Positions 39,701-54,700 of a stretch of 64,000 nt of DNA are shown piece by piece. Source of the stretch: Eledone cirrhosa. Its lineage: Eukaryota. The translations under genes were made by a program, and so were the position numbers. The stretch covers positions 93,558,001-93,622,000 of the forward strand of contig OZ024743.1 in the NCBI GenBank assembly GCA_964016885.1. The letters run 5' to 3'. The stretch's first letter is position 1. Each line of letters starts with the position of its first letter. The notes beneath the pieces are model-generated. The model had not been told where the DNA came from. It searched no databases and worked only from the letters and a program-made list of their open reading frames with translations.

Positions 39701-42700
39701 GTATATAACAGGTGAGGGAGATAATAACTTATAGTATATTAATTTAGGCTGATGACAGGTGAGAGAGATAATAACTTATAGTATATTAATTTAGGTATAT
39801 AACAGGTGGGAGATAATAACTTATAGTATATTAATTTAGGTATATAACAGGTGTGGGAGATAATAACTTATAGTATATTAATTTAGGTATATAACAGGTG
39901 AGAGAGATAATAACTTATAGTATATTAATTTAGGCTGATAACAGGTGAGAGAGATAATAACTTATAGTATATTAATTTAGGTATATAACAGGTGAGAGAG
40001 ATAATAACTTATAGTATATTAATTTAGGCTGATAACATGTGAGAGAGATAATAACTTATAGTATATTAATTTAGGCTGATAACAGGAGAGAGAGATAATA
40101 ACTTATAGTATATTAATTTAGGTATATAACAGGTGAGAGAGATAATAACTTATAGTATATTAATTTAGGTATATAACAGGTGAGAGAGATAATAACTCAT
40201 AGTATATTAATTTAGGCTGATAACAGGTGAGAGAGATAATAACTTATAGTATATTAATTTAGGCTGATAACAGGTGAGAGAGATAATAACTTATAGTATA
40301 TTAATTTAGGCTGATAACAGGTGGGAGAGATAATAACTTATAGTATATTAATTTAGGCTTATAACAGGTGAGAGAGATAATAATTTATAGTATATTAATT
40401 TAGGCTTATAACAGGTGAGAGAGATAATAACTTATAGTATATTAATTTAGGCTTATAACAGGTGAGAGAGATAATAACTTATAGTATATTAATTTAGGCT
40501 GATAACAGGTGAGAGAGATAATAACTTATAGTATATTAATTTAGGCTGATAACAGGTGAGAGAGATAATAACTTATAGTATATTAATTTAGGCTGATAAC
40601 AGGTGAGAGAGATAATAACTTATAGTATATTAATTTAGGCTTATAACAGGTGAGAGAGATAATAACTTATAGTATATTAATTTAGGTATATAACAGGTGA
40701 GGGAGATAATAACTTATAGTATATTAATTTAGGCTGATAACAGGTGAGAGAGATAATAACTTATAGTATATTAATTTAGGTATATAACAGGTGTGGGAGA
40801 TAATAACTTATAGTATATTAATTTAGGTATATAACAGGTGAGAGAGATAATAACTTATAGTATATTAATTTAGGCTGATAACAGGTGAGAGAGATAATAA
40901 CTTATAGTATATTAATTTAGGTATATAACAGGTGAGAGAGATAATAACTTATAGTATATTAATTTAGGCTGATAACATGTGAGAGAGATAATAACTTATA
41001 GTATATTAATTTAGGCTGATAACAGGAGAGAGAGATAATAACTTATAGTATATTAATTTAGGTATATAACAGGTGAGAGAGATAATAACTTATAGTATAT
41101 TAATTTAGGTATATAACAGGTGAGAGAAATAATAACTTATAGTATATTAATTTAGGCTGATAACAGGTGAGAGAGATAATAACTTATAGTATATTAATTC
41201 AGGCTGATAACAGGTGAGAGAGATAATAACTTATAGTATATTAATTTAGGTTTATAACAGGTGAGGGAGATAATAACTTATAGTATATTAATTTAGACTG
41301 ATAACAGGTGAGAGAGATAATAACTTATAGTATATTAATTTAGGCTGATAACAGGTGAGAGAGATAATAACTTATAGTATATTAATTTAGGTTTATAACA
41401 GGTGAGGGATATAATAACTTATAGTATATTAATTTAGACTGATAACAGGTGAGAGAGATAATAACTTATAGTATATTAATTTAGGTATATAACAGGTGTG
41501 GGAGATAATAACTTATAGTATATTAATTTAGGTATATAACAGGTGAGAGAGATAATAACTTATAGTATATTAATTTAGGCTGATAACAGGTGAGAGAGAT
41601 AATAACTTATAGTATATTAATTTAGGCTGATAACAGGTGAGAGAGATAATAACTTATAGTATATTAATTTAGGTATATAACAGGTGAGAGAGATAATAAC
41701 TTATAGTATATTAATTTAGGTATATAACAGGTGAGAGAGATAATAACTTATAGTATATTAATATAGGCTGATAACAGGAGAGAGAGATAATAACTTATAG
41801 TATATTAATTTAGGTATATAACAGGTGAGAGAGATAATAACTTATAGTATATTAATTTAGGCTTATAACAGGTGAGAGAGATAATAACTTATAGTATATT
41901 AATTTAGGTATATAACAGGTGAGAGAGATAATAACTTATAGTATATTAATTTAGGTATATAACAGGTGAGAGAGATAATAACTTATAGTATATTAATTTA
42001 GGTATATAACAGGTGAGAGAGATAATAACTTATAGTATATTAATTTAGGCTGATAACAGGTGAGAGAGATAATAACTTATAGTATATTAATTTAGGCTGA
42101 TAACAGGTGAGAGATAATAACTTATAGTATATTAATTTAGGCTGATAACAGGTGAGAGAGATAATAACTTATAGTATATTAATTTAGGCTGATAACAGGT
42201 GAGAGAGATAATAACTTATAATATATTAATTTAGGCTTATAACAGGTGAGAGAGATAATAACTTATAGTATATTAATTTAGGCTGATAACAGGTGAGAGA
42301 GATAATAACTTATAGTATATTAATTTAGGTATATAACAGGTGAGGGAGATAATAACTTATAGTATATTAATTTAGGCTGATGACAGGTGAGAGAGATAAT
42401 AACTTATAGTATATTAATTTAGGTATATAACAGGTGGGAGATAATAACTTATAGTATATTAATTTAGGTATATAACAGGTGTGGGAGATAATAACTTATA
42501 GTATATTAATTTAGGTATATAACAGGTGAGAGAGATAATAACTTATAGTATATTAATTTAGGCTGATAACAGGTGAGAGAGATAATAACTTATAGTATAT
42601 TAATTTAGGTATATAACAGGTGAGAGAGATAATAACTTATAGTATATTAATTTAGGCTGATAACATGTGAGAGAGATAATAACTTATAGTATATTAATTT

Positions 42701-45700
42701 AGGCTGATAACAGGAGAGAGAGATAATAACTTATAGTATATTAATTTAGGTATATAACAGGTGAGAGAGATAATAACTTATAGTATATTAATTTAGGTAT
42801 ATAACAGGTGAGAGAGATAATAACTCATAGTATATTAATTTAGGCTGATAACAGGTGAGAGAGATAATAACTTATAGTATATTAATTTAGGCTGATAACA
42901 GGTGAGAGAGATAATAACTTATAGTATATTAATTTAGGCTGATAACAGGTGGGAGAGATAATAACTTATAGTATATTAATTTAGGCTTATAACAGGTGAG
43001 AGAGATAATAATTTATAGTATATTAATTTAGGCTTATAACAGGTGAGAGAGATAATAACTTATAGTATATTAATTTAGGCTTATAACAGGTGAGAGAGAT
43101 AATAACTTATAGTATATTAATTTAGGCTGATAACAGGTGAGAGAGATAATAACTTATAGTATATTAATTTAGGCTGATAACAGGTGAGAGAGATAATAAC
43201 TTATAGTATATTAATTTAGGCTGATAACAGGTGAGAGAGATAATAACTTATAGTATATTAATTTAGGCTTATAACAGGTGAGAGAGATAATAACTTATAG
43301 TATATTAATTTAGGTATATAACAGGTGAGGGAGATAATAACTTATAGTATATTAATTTAGGCTGATAACAGGTGAGAGAGATAATAACTTATAGTATATT
43401 AATTTAGGTATATAACAGGTGTGGGAGATAATAACTTATAGTATATTAATTTAGGTATATAACAGGTGAGAGAGATAATAACTTATAGTATATTAATTTA
43501 GGCTGATAACAGGTGAGAGAGATAATAACTTATAGTATATTAATTTAGGTATATAACAGGTGAGAGAGATAATAACTTATAGTATATTAATTTAGGCTGA
43601 TAACATGTGAGAGAGATAATAACTTATAGTATATTAATTTAGGCTGATAACAGGAGAGAGAGATAATAACTTATAGTATATTAATTTAGGTATATAACAG
43701 GTGAGAGAGATAATAACTTATAGTATATTAATTTAGGCTTATAACAGGTGAGAGAGATAATAACTTATAGTATATTAATTTAGGTATATAACAGGTGAGA
43801 GAGATAATAACTTATAGTATATTAATTTAGGTATATAACAGGTGAGAGAGATAATAACTTATAGTATATTAATTTAGGCTGATAACAGGTGAGAGAGATA
43901 ATAACTTATAGTATATTAATTTAGGCTGATAACAGGTGAGAGAGATAATAACTTATAGTATATTAATTTAGGCTGATAACAGGTGAGAGAGATAATAACT
44001 TATAGTATATTAATTTAGGCTGATAACAGGTGAGAGAGATAATAACTTATAGTATATTAATTTAGGCTTATAACAGGTGAGAGAGATAATAACTTATAGT
44101 ATATTAATTTAGGTATATAACAGGTGAGGGAGATAATAACTTATAGTATATTAATTTAGGCTGATAACAGGTGAGAGAGATAATAACTTATAGTATATTA
44201 ATTTAGGTATATAACAGGTGTGGGAGATAATAACTTATAGTATATTAATTTAGGTATATAACAGGTGAGAGAGATAATAACTTATAGTATATTAATTTGG
44301 GCTGATAACAGGTGAGAGAGATAATAACTTTTAGTATATTAATTTAGGTATATAACAGGTGAGAGAAATAATAACTTATAGTATATTAATTTAGGCTGAT
44401 AACAGGTGAGAGAGATAATAACTTATAGTATATTAATTTAGGCTGATAACAGGTGGGAGAGATAATAACTTATAGTATATTAATTTAGGCTGATAACAGG
44501 TGAGAGAGATAATAACTTATAGTATATTAATTTAGGTATATAACAGGTGAGAGAGATAATAACTTATAGTATATTAATTTAGGTATATAACAGGTGAGGG
44601 AGATAATAACTTATAGTATATTAATTTAGGCTGATAACAGGTGAGAGAGATAATAACTTATAGTATATTAATTTAGGTATATAACAGGTGAGAGAGATAA
44701 TAACTTATAGTATATTAATTTAGGTATATAACAGGTGAGAGAGATAATAACTTATAGTATATTAATTTAGGCTGATAACAGGAGAGAGAGATAATAACTT
44801 ATAGTATATTAATTTAGGTATATAACAGGTGAGAGAGATAATAACTTATAGTATATTAATTTAGGCTTATAACAGGTGAGAGAGATAATAACTTATAGTA
44901 TATTAATTTAGGTATATAACAGGTGAGAGAGATAATAACTTATAGTATATTAATTTAGGTATATAACAGGTGAGAGAGATAATAACTTATAGTATATTAA
45001 TTTAGGCTGATAACAGGTGAGAGAGATAATAACTTATAGTATATTAATTTAGGCTGATAACAGGTGCGAGAGATAATAACTTATAGTATATTAATTTAGG
45101 TATATAACAGGTGAGGGAGATAATAACTTATAGTATATTAATTTAGGTATATAACAGGTGAGAGAGATAATAACTTATAGTATATTAATTTAGGCTGATA
45201 ACAGGTGAGAGAGATAATAACTTATAGTATATTAATTTAGGCTTATAACAGGTGAGAGAGATAATAACTTATAGTATATTAATTTAGGTATATAACAGGT
45301 GAGGGAGATAATAACTTATAGTATATTAATTTAGGCTGATAACAGGTGAGAGAGATAATAACTTATAGTATATTAATTTAGGCTGATAACAGGTGAGAGA
45401 TAATAACTTATAGTATATTAATTTAGGCTGATAACAGGTGAGAGAGATAATAACTTATAGTATATTAATTTAGGCTGATAACAGGTGAGAGAGATAATAA
45501 CTTATAGTATATTAATTTAGGCTGATAACAGGTGAGAGAGATAATAACTTATAGTATATTAATTTAGGCTGATAACAGGTGAGAGAGATAATAACTTATA
45601 GTATATTAATTTAGGCTGATAACAGGTGAGAGAGATAATAACTTATAATATATTAATTTAGGCTTATAACAGGTGAGAGAGATAATAACTTATAGTATAT

Positions 45701-48700
45701 TAATTTAGGCTGATAACAGGTGAGAGAGATAATAACTTATAGTATATTAATTTAGGTATATAACAGGTGAGGGAGATAATAACTTATAGTATATTAATTT
45801 AGGCTGATGACAGGTGAGAGAGATAATAACTTATAGTATATTAATTTAGGTATATAACAGGTGGGAGATAATAACTTATAGTATATTAATTTAGGTATAT
45901 AACAGGTGTGGGAGATAATAACTTATAGTATATTAATTTAGGTATATAACAGGTGAGAGAGATAATAACTTATAGTATATTAATTTAGGCTGATAACAGG
46001 TGAGAGAGATAATAACTTATAGTATATTAATTTAGGTATATAACAGGTGAGAGAGATAATAACTTATAGTATATTAATTTAGGCTGATAACATGTGAGAG
46101 AGATAATAACTTATAGTATATTAATTTAGGCTGATAACAGGAGAGAGAGATAATAACTTATAGTATATTAATTTAGGTATATAACAGGTGAGAGAGATAA
46201 TAACTTATAGTATATTAATTTAGGTATATAACAGGTGAGAGAGATAATAACTCATAGTATATTAATTTAGGCTGATAACAGGTGAGAGAGATAATAACTT
46301 ATAGTATATTAATTTAGGCTGATAACAGGTGAGAGAGATAATAACTTATAGTATATTAATTTAGGCTGATAACAGGTGGGAGAGATAATAACTTATAGTA
46401 TATTAATTTAGGCTTATAACAGGTGAGAGAGATAATAATTTATAGTATATTAATTTAGGCTTATAACAGGTGAGAGAGATAATAACTTATAGTATATTAA
46501 TTTAGGCTTATAACAGGTGAGAGAGATAATAACTTATAGTATATTAATTTAGGCTGATAACAGGTGAGAGAGATAATAACTTATAGTATATTAATTTAGG
46601 CTGATAACAGGTGAGAGAGATAATAACTTATAGTATATTAATTTAGGCTGATAACAGGTGAGAGAGATAATAACTTATAGTATATTAATTTAGGCTTATA
46701 ACAGGTGAGAGAGATAATAACTTATAGTATATTAATTTAGGTATATAACAGGTGAGGGAGATAATAACTTATAGTATATTAATTTAGGCTGATAACAGGT
46801 GAGAGAGATAATAACTTATAGTATATTAATTTAGGTATATAACAGGTGTGGGAGATAATAACTTATAGTATATTAATTTAGGTATATAACAGGTGAGAGA
46901 GATAATAACTTATAGTATATTAATTTAGGCTGATAACAGGTGAGAGAGATAATAACTTATAGTATATTAATTTAGGTATATAACAGGTGAGAGAGATAAT
47001 AACTTATAGTATATTAATTTAGGCTGATAACATGTGAGAGAGATAATAACTTATAGTATATTAATTTAGGCTGATAACAGGAGAGAGAGATAATAACTTA
47101 TAGTATATTAATTTAGGTATATAACAGGTGAGAGAGATAATAACTTATAGTATATTAATTTAGGCTTATAACAGGTGAGAGAGATAATAACTTATAGTAT
47201 ATTAATTTAGGTATATAACAGGTGAGAGAGATAATAACTTATAGTATATTAATTTAGGTATATAACAGGTGAGAGAGATAATAACTTATAGTATATTAAT
47301 TTAGGCTGATAACAGGTGAGAGAGATAATAACTTATAGTATATTAATTTAGGCTGATAACAGGTGAGAGAGATAATAACTTATAGTATATTAATTTAGGC
47401 TGATAACAGGTGAGAGAGATAATAACTTATAGTATATTAATTTAGGCTGATAACAGGTGAGAGAGATAATAACTTATAGTATATTAATTTAGGCTTATAA
47501 CAGGTGAGAGAGATAATAACTTATAGTATATTAATTTAGGTATATAACAGGTGAGGGAGATAATAACTTATAGTATATTAATTTAGGCTGATAACAGGTG
47601 AGAGAGATAATAACTTATAGTATATTAATTTAGGTATATAACAGGTGTGGGAGATAATAACTTATAGTATATTAATTTAGGTATATAACAGGTGAGAGAG
47701 ATAATAACTTATAGTATATTAATTTGGGCTGATAACAGGTGAGAGAGATAATAACTTTTAGTATATTAATTTAGGTATATAACAGGTGAGAGAAATAATA
47801 ACTTATAGTATATTAATTTAGGCTGATAACAGGTGAGAGAGATAATAACTTATAGTATATTAATTTAGGCTGATAACAGGTGGGAGAGATAATAACTTAT
47901 AGTATATTAATTTAGGCTGATAACAGGTGAGAGAGATAATAACTTATAGTATATTAATTTAGGTATATAACAGGTGAGAGAGATAATAACTTATAGTATA
48001 TTAATTTAGGTATATAACAGGTGAGGGAGATAATAACTTATAGTATATTAATTTAGGCTGATACAGGTGAGAGAGATAATAACTTATAGTATATTAATTT
48101 AGGTATATAACAGGTGAGAGAGATAATAACTTATAGTATATTAATTTAGGTATATAACAGGTGAGAGAGATAATAACTTATAGTATATTAATTTAGGCTG
48201 ATAACAGGAGAGAGAGATAATAACTTATAGTATATTAATTTAGGTATATAACAGGTGAGAGAGATAATAACTTATAGTATATTAATTTAGGCTTATAACA
48301 GGTGAGAGAGATAATAACTTATAGTATATTAATTTAGGCTGATAACAGGTGAGAGAGATAATAACTTATAGTATATTAATTTAGGTATATAACAGGTGAG
48401 AGAGATAATAACTTATAGTATATTAATTTAGGCTGATAACAGGTGAGAGAGATAATAACTTATAGTATATTAATTTAGGCTGATAACAGGTGCGAGAGAT
48501 AATAACCTTATAGTATATTAATTTAGGTATATAACAGGTGTGGGAGATAATAACTTATAGTATATTAATTTAGGCTGATAACAGGTGAGAGAGATAATAA
48601 CTTATAGTATATTAATTTAGGTATATAACAGGTGAGAGAGATAATAACTTATAGTATATTAATTTAGGTATATAACAGGTGAGAGAGATAATAACTTATA

Positions 48701-51700
48701 GTATATTAATTTAGGCTGATAACAGGAGAGAGAGATAATAACTTATAGTATATTAATTTAGGTATATAACAGGTGAGAGAGATAATAACTTATAGTATAT
48801 TAATTTAGGCTGATAACAGGTGCGAGAGATAATAACTTATAGTATATTAATTTAGGTATATAACAGGTGAGAGAGATAATAACTTATAGTATATTAATTT
48901 AGGCTGATAACAGGTGAGAGAGATAATAACTTATAGTATATTAATTTAGGCTGATAACAGGTGAGAGAGATAATAACTTATAGTATATTAATTTAGGCTG
49001 ATAACAGGTGAGAGAGATAATAACTTATAGTATATTAATTTAGGCTTATAACAGGTGAGAGAGATAATAACTTATAGTATATTAATTTAGGCTGATAACA
49101 GGTGAGAGAGATAATAACTTATAGTATATTAATTTAGGCTGATAACAGGTGAGAGAGATAATAACTTATAGTATATTAATTTAGGTATATAACAGGTGAG
49201 GGAGATAATAACTTATAGTATATTAATTTAGGCTGATAACAGGTGAGAGAGATAATAACTTATAGTATATTAATTTAGGTATATAACAGGTGAGAGAGAT
49301 AATAACTTATAGTATATTAATTTAGGTATATAACAGGTGAGAGAAATAATAACTTATAGTATATTAATTTAGGCTGATAACAGGTGAGAGAGATAATAAC
49401 TTATAGTATATTAATTTAGGCTGATAACAGGTGAGAGAGATAATAACTTATAGTATATTAATTTAGGTATATAACAGGTGAGAGAGATAATAACTCATAG
49501 TATATTAATTTAGGCTGATAACAGGTGAGAGAGATAATAACTTATAGTATATTAATTTAGGCTGATAACAGGTGAGAGAGATAATAACTTATAGTATATT
49601 AATTTAGGCTTATAACAGGTGAGAGAGATAATAACTTATAGTATATTAATTTAGGTATATAACAGGTGAGAGAGATAATAACTTATAGTATATTAATTTA
49701 GGTATATAACAGGTGAGAGAGATAATAACTTATAGTATATTAATTTAGGCTTATAACAGGTGAGAGAGATAATAACTTATAGTATATTAATTTAGGTATA
49801 TAACAGGTGAGAGAGATAATAACTTATAGTATATTAATTTAGGTATATAACAGGTGAGAGAAATAATAACTTATAGTATATTAATTTAGGCTGATAACAG
49901 GTGAGAGAGATAATAACTTATAGTATATTAATTCAGGCTGATAACAGGTGAGAGAGATAATAACTTATAGTATATTAATTTAGGTTTATAACAGGTGAGG
50001 GAGATAATAACTTATAGTATATTAATTTAGACTGATAACAGGTGAGAGAGATAATAACTTATAGTATATTAATTTAGGCTGATAACAGGTGAGAGAGATA
50101 ATAACTTATAGTATATTAATTTAGGTTTATAACAGGTGAGGGATATAATAACTTATAGTATATTAATTTAGACTGATAACAGGTGAGAGAGATAATAACT
50201 TATAGTATATTAATTTAGGTATATAACAGGTGTGGGAGATAATAACTTATAGTATATTAATTTAGGTATATAACAGGTGAGAGAGATAATAACTTATAGT
50301 ATATTAATTTAGGCTGATAACAGGTGAGAGAGATAATAACTTATAGTATATTAATTTAGGCTGATAACAGGAGAGAGAGATAATAACTTATAGTATATTA
50401 ATTTAGGTATATAACAGGTGAGAGAGATAATAACTTATAGTATATTAATTTAGGCTTATAACAGGTGAGAGAGATAATAACTTATAGTATATTAATTTAG
50501 GTATATAACAGGTGAGAGAGATAATAACTTATAGTATATTAATTTAGGTATATAACAGGTGAGAGAGATAATAACTTATAGTATATTAATTTAGGCTGAT
50601 AACAGGTGAGAGAGATAATAACTTATAGTATATTAATTTAGGCTGATAACAGGTGAGAGAGATAATAACTTATAGTATATTAATTTAGGCTGATAACAGG
50701 TGAGAGAGATAATAACTTATAGTATATTAATTTAGGCTGATAACAGGTGAGAGAGATAATAACTTATAGTATATTAATTTAGGCTGATAACAGGTGAGAG
50801 AGATAATAACTTATAGTATATTAATTTAGGCTTATAACAGGTGAGAGAGATAATAACTTATAGTATATTAATTTAGGTATATAACAGGTGAGGGAGATAA
50901 TAACTTATAGTATATTAATTTAGGCTGATAACAGGTGAGAGAGATAATAACTTATAGTATATTAATTTAGGTATATAACAGGTGTGGGAGATAATAACTT
51001 ATAGTATATTAATTTAGGTATATAACAGGTGAGAGAGATAATAACTTATAGTATATTAATTTAGGCTGATAACAGGTGAGAGAGATAATAACTTATAGTA
51101 TATTAATTTAGGTATATAACAGGTGAGAGAAATAATAACTTATAGTATATTAATTTAGGCTGATAACAGGTGAGAGAGATAATAACTTATAGTATATTAA
51201 TTTAGGCTGATAACAGGTGAGAGAGATAATAACTTATAGTATATTAATTTAGGCTGATAACAGGTGAGAGAGATAATAACTTATAGTATATTAATTTAGG
51301 CTGATAACAGGTGAGAGAGATAATAACTTATAGTATATTAATTTAGGTATATAACAGGTGAGAGAGATAATAACTTATAGTATATTAATTTAGGTATATA
51401 ACAGGTGAGGGAGATAATAACTTATAGTATATTAATTTAGGCTGATAACAGGTGAGAGAGATAATAACTTATAGTATATTAATTTAAGTATATAACAGGT
51501 GAGAGAGATAATAACTTATAGTATATTAATTTAGGTATATAACAGGTGAGAGAGATAATAACTTATAGTATATTAATTTAGGCTGATAACAGGAGAGAGA
51601 GATAATAACTTATAGTATATTAATTTAGGTATATAACAGGTGAGAGAGATAATAACTTATAGTATATTAATTTAGGTATATAACAGGTGAGAGAGATAAT

Positions 51701-54700
51701 AACTTATAGTATATTAATTTAGGCTTATAACAGGTGAGAGAGATAATAACTTATAGTATATTAATTTAGGCTGATAACAGGTGAGAGAGATAATAACTTA
51801 TAGTATATTAAGTTAGGCTGATAACAGGTGAGAGAGATAATAACTTATAGTATATTAATTTAGGTATATAACAGGTGAGAGAGATAATAACTTATAGTAT
51901 ATTAATTTAGGCTTATAACAGGTGAGAGAGATAATAACTTATAGTATATTAATTTAGGCTTATAACAGGTGAGAGAGATAATAACTTATAGTATATTAAT
52001 TTAGGTATATAACAGGTGAGAGAGATAATAACTTATAGTATATTAATTTAGGCTTATAACAGGTGAGAGAGATAATAACTTATAGTATATTAATTTAGGT
52101 ATATAACAGGTGAGAGAGATAATAACTTATAGTATATTAATTTAGGTATATAACAGGTGAGAGAGATAATAACTTATAGTATATTAATTTAGGCTTATAA
52201 CAGGTGAGAGAGATAATAACTTATAGTATATTAATTTAGGCTTATAACAGGTGAGAGAGATAATAACTTATAGTATATTAATTTAGGTATATAACAGGTG
52301 AGGGAGATAATAACTTATAGTATATTAATTTAGGCTGATAACAGGTGAGAGAGATAATAACTTATAGTATATTAATTTAGGTATATAACAGGTGTGGGAG
52401 ATAATAACTTATAGTATATTAATTTAGGTATATAACAGGTGAGAGAGATAATAACTTATAGTATATTAATTTAGGCTGATAACAGGTGAGAGAGATAATA
52501 ACTTATAGTATATTAATTTAGGCTGATAACAGGTGAGAGAGATAATAACTTATAGTATATTAATTTAGGTATATAACAGGTGAGAGAGATAATAACTTAT
52601 AGTATATTAATTTAGGTATATAACAGGTGAGAGAGATAATAACTTATAGTATATTAATATAGGCTGATAACAGGAGAGAGAGATAATAACTTATAGTATA
52701 TTAATTTAGGTATATAACAGGTGAGAGAGATAATAACTTATAGTATATTAATTTAGGCTTATAACAGGTGAGAGAGATAATAACTTATAGTATATTAATT
52801 TAGGTATATAACAGGTGAGAGAGATAATAACTTATAGTATATTAATTTAGGTATATAACAGGTGAGAGAGATAATAACTTATAGTATATTAATTTAGGTA
52901 TATAACAGGTGAGAGAGATAATAACTTATAGTATATTAATTTAGGCTGATAACAGGTGAGAGAGATAATAACTTATAGTATATTAATTTAGGCTGATAAC
53001 AGGTGAGAGATAATAACTTATAGTATATTAATTTAGGCTGATAACAGGTGAGAGAGATAATAACTTATAGTATATTAATTTAGGCTGATAACAGGTGAGA
53101 GAGATAATAACTTATAATATATTAATTTAGGCTTATAACAGGTGAGAGAGATAATAACTTATAGTATATTAATTTAGGCTGATAACAGGTGAGAGAGATA
53201 ATAACTTATAGTATATTAATTTAGGTATATAACAGGTGAGGGAGATAATAACTTATAGTATATTAATTTAGGCTGATGACAGGTGAGAGAGATAATAACT
53301 TATAGTATATTAATTTAGGTATATAACAGGTGGGAGATAATAACTTATAGTATATTAATTTAGGTATATAACAGGTGAGAGAGATAATAGCTTATAGTAT
53401 ATTAATTTAGGCTGATAACAGGTGAGAGAGATAATAACTTATAGTATATTAATTTAGGTATATAACAGGTGAGAGAGATGATAACTTATAGTATATTAAT
53501 TTAGACTGATAACAGGTGAGAGAGATAATAACTTATAGTATATTAATTTAGGCTAATAACAGGTGAGAGAGATAATAACTTATAGTATATTAATTTAGGC
53601 TGATAACAGGTGAGAGAGATAATAACTTATAGTATATTAATTTAGGCTGATAACAGGTGAGAGAGATAATAACTTATAGTATATTAATTTAGGCTGATAA
53701 CAGGTGAGAGAGATAATAACTTATAGTATATTAATTTAGGTTTATAACAGGTGAGGGAGATAATAACTTATAGTATATTAATTTAGACTGATAACAGGTG
53801 AGAGAGATAATAACTTATAGTATATTAATTTAGGCTGATAACAGGTGAGAGAGATAATAACTTATAGTATATTAATTTAGGTTTATAACAGGTGAGGGAT
53901 ATAATAACTTATAGTATATTAATTTAGACTGATAACAGGTGAGAGAGATAATAACTTATAGTATATTAATTTAGGTATATAACAGGTGTGGGAGATAATA
54001 ACTTATAGTATATTAATTTAGGTATATAACAGGTGAGAGAGATAATAACTTATAGTATATTAATTTAGGCTGATAACATGTGAGAGAGATAATAACTTAT
54101 AGTATATTAATTTAGGCTGATAACAGGAGAGAGAGATAATAACTTATAGTATATTAATTTAGGTATATAACAGGTGAGAGAGATAATAACTTATAGTATA
54201 TTAATTTAGGCTTATAACAGGTGAGAGAGATAATAACTTATAGTATATTAATTTAGGTATATAACAGGTGAGAGAGATAATAACTTATAGTATATTAATT
54301 TAGGTATATAACAGGTGAGAGAGATAATAACTTATAGTATATTAATTTAGGCTGATAACAGGTGAGAGAGATAATAACTTATAGTATATTAATTTAGGCT
54401 GATAACAGGTGAGAGAGATAATAACTTATAGTATATTAATTTAGGCTGATAACAGGTGAGAGAGATAATAACTTATAGTATATTAATTTAGGCTGATAAC
54501 AGGTGAGAGAGATAATAACTTATAGTATATTAATTTAGGCTGATAACAGGTGAGAGAGATAATAACTTATAGTATATTAATTTAGGCTTATAACAGGTGA
54601 GAGAGATAATAACTTATAGTATATTAATTTAGGTATATAACAGGTGAGGGAGATAATAACTTATAGTATATTAATTTAGGCTGATAACAGGTGAGAGAGA

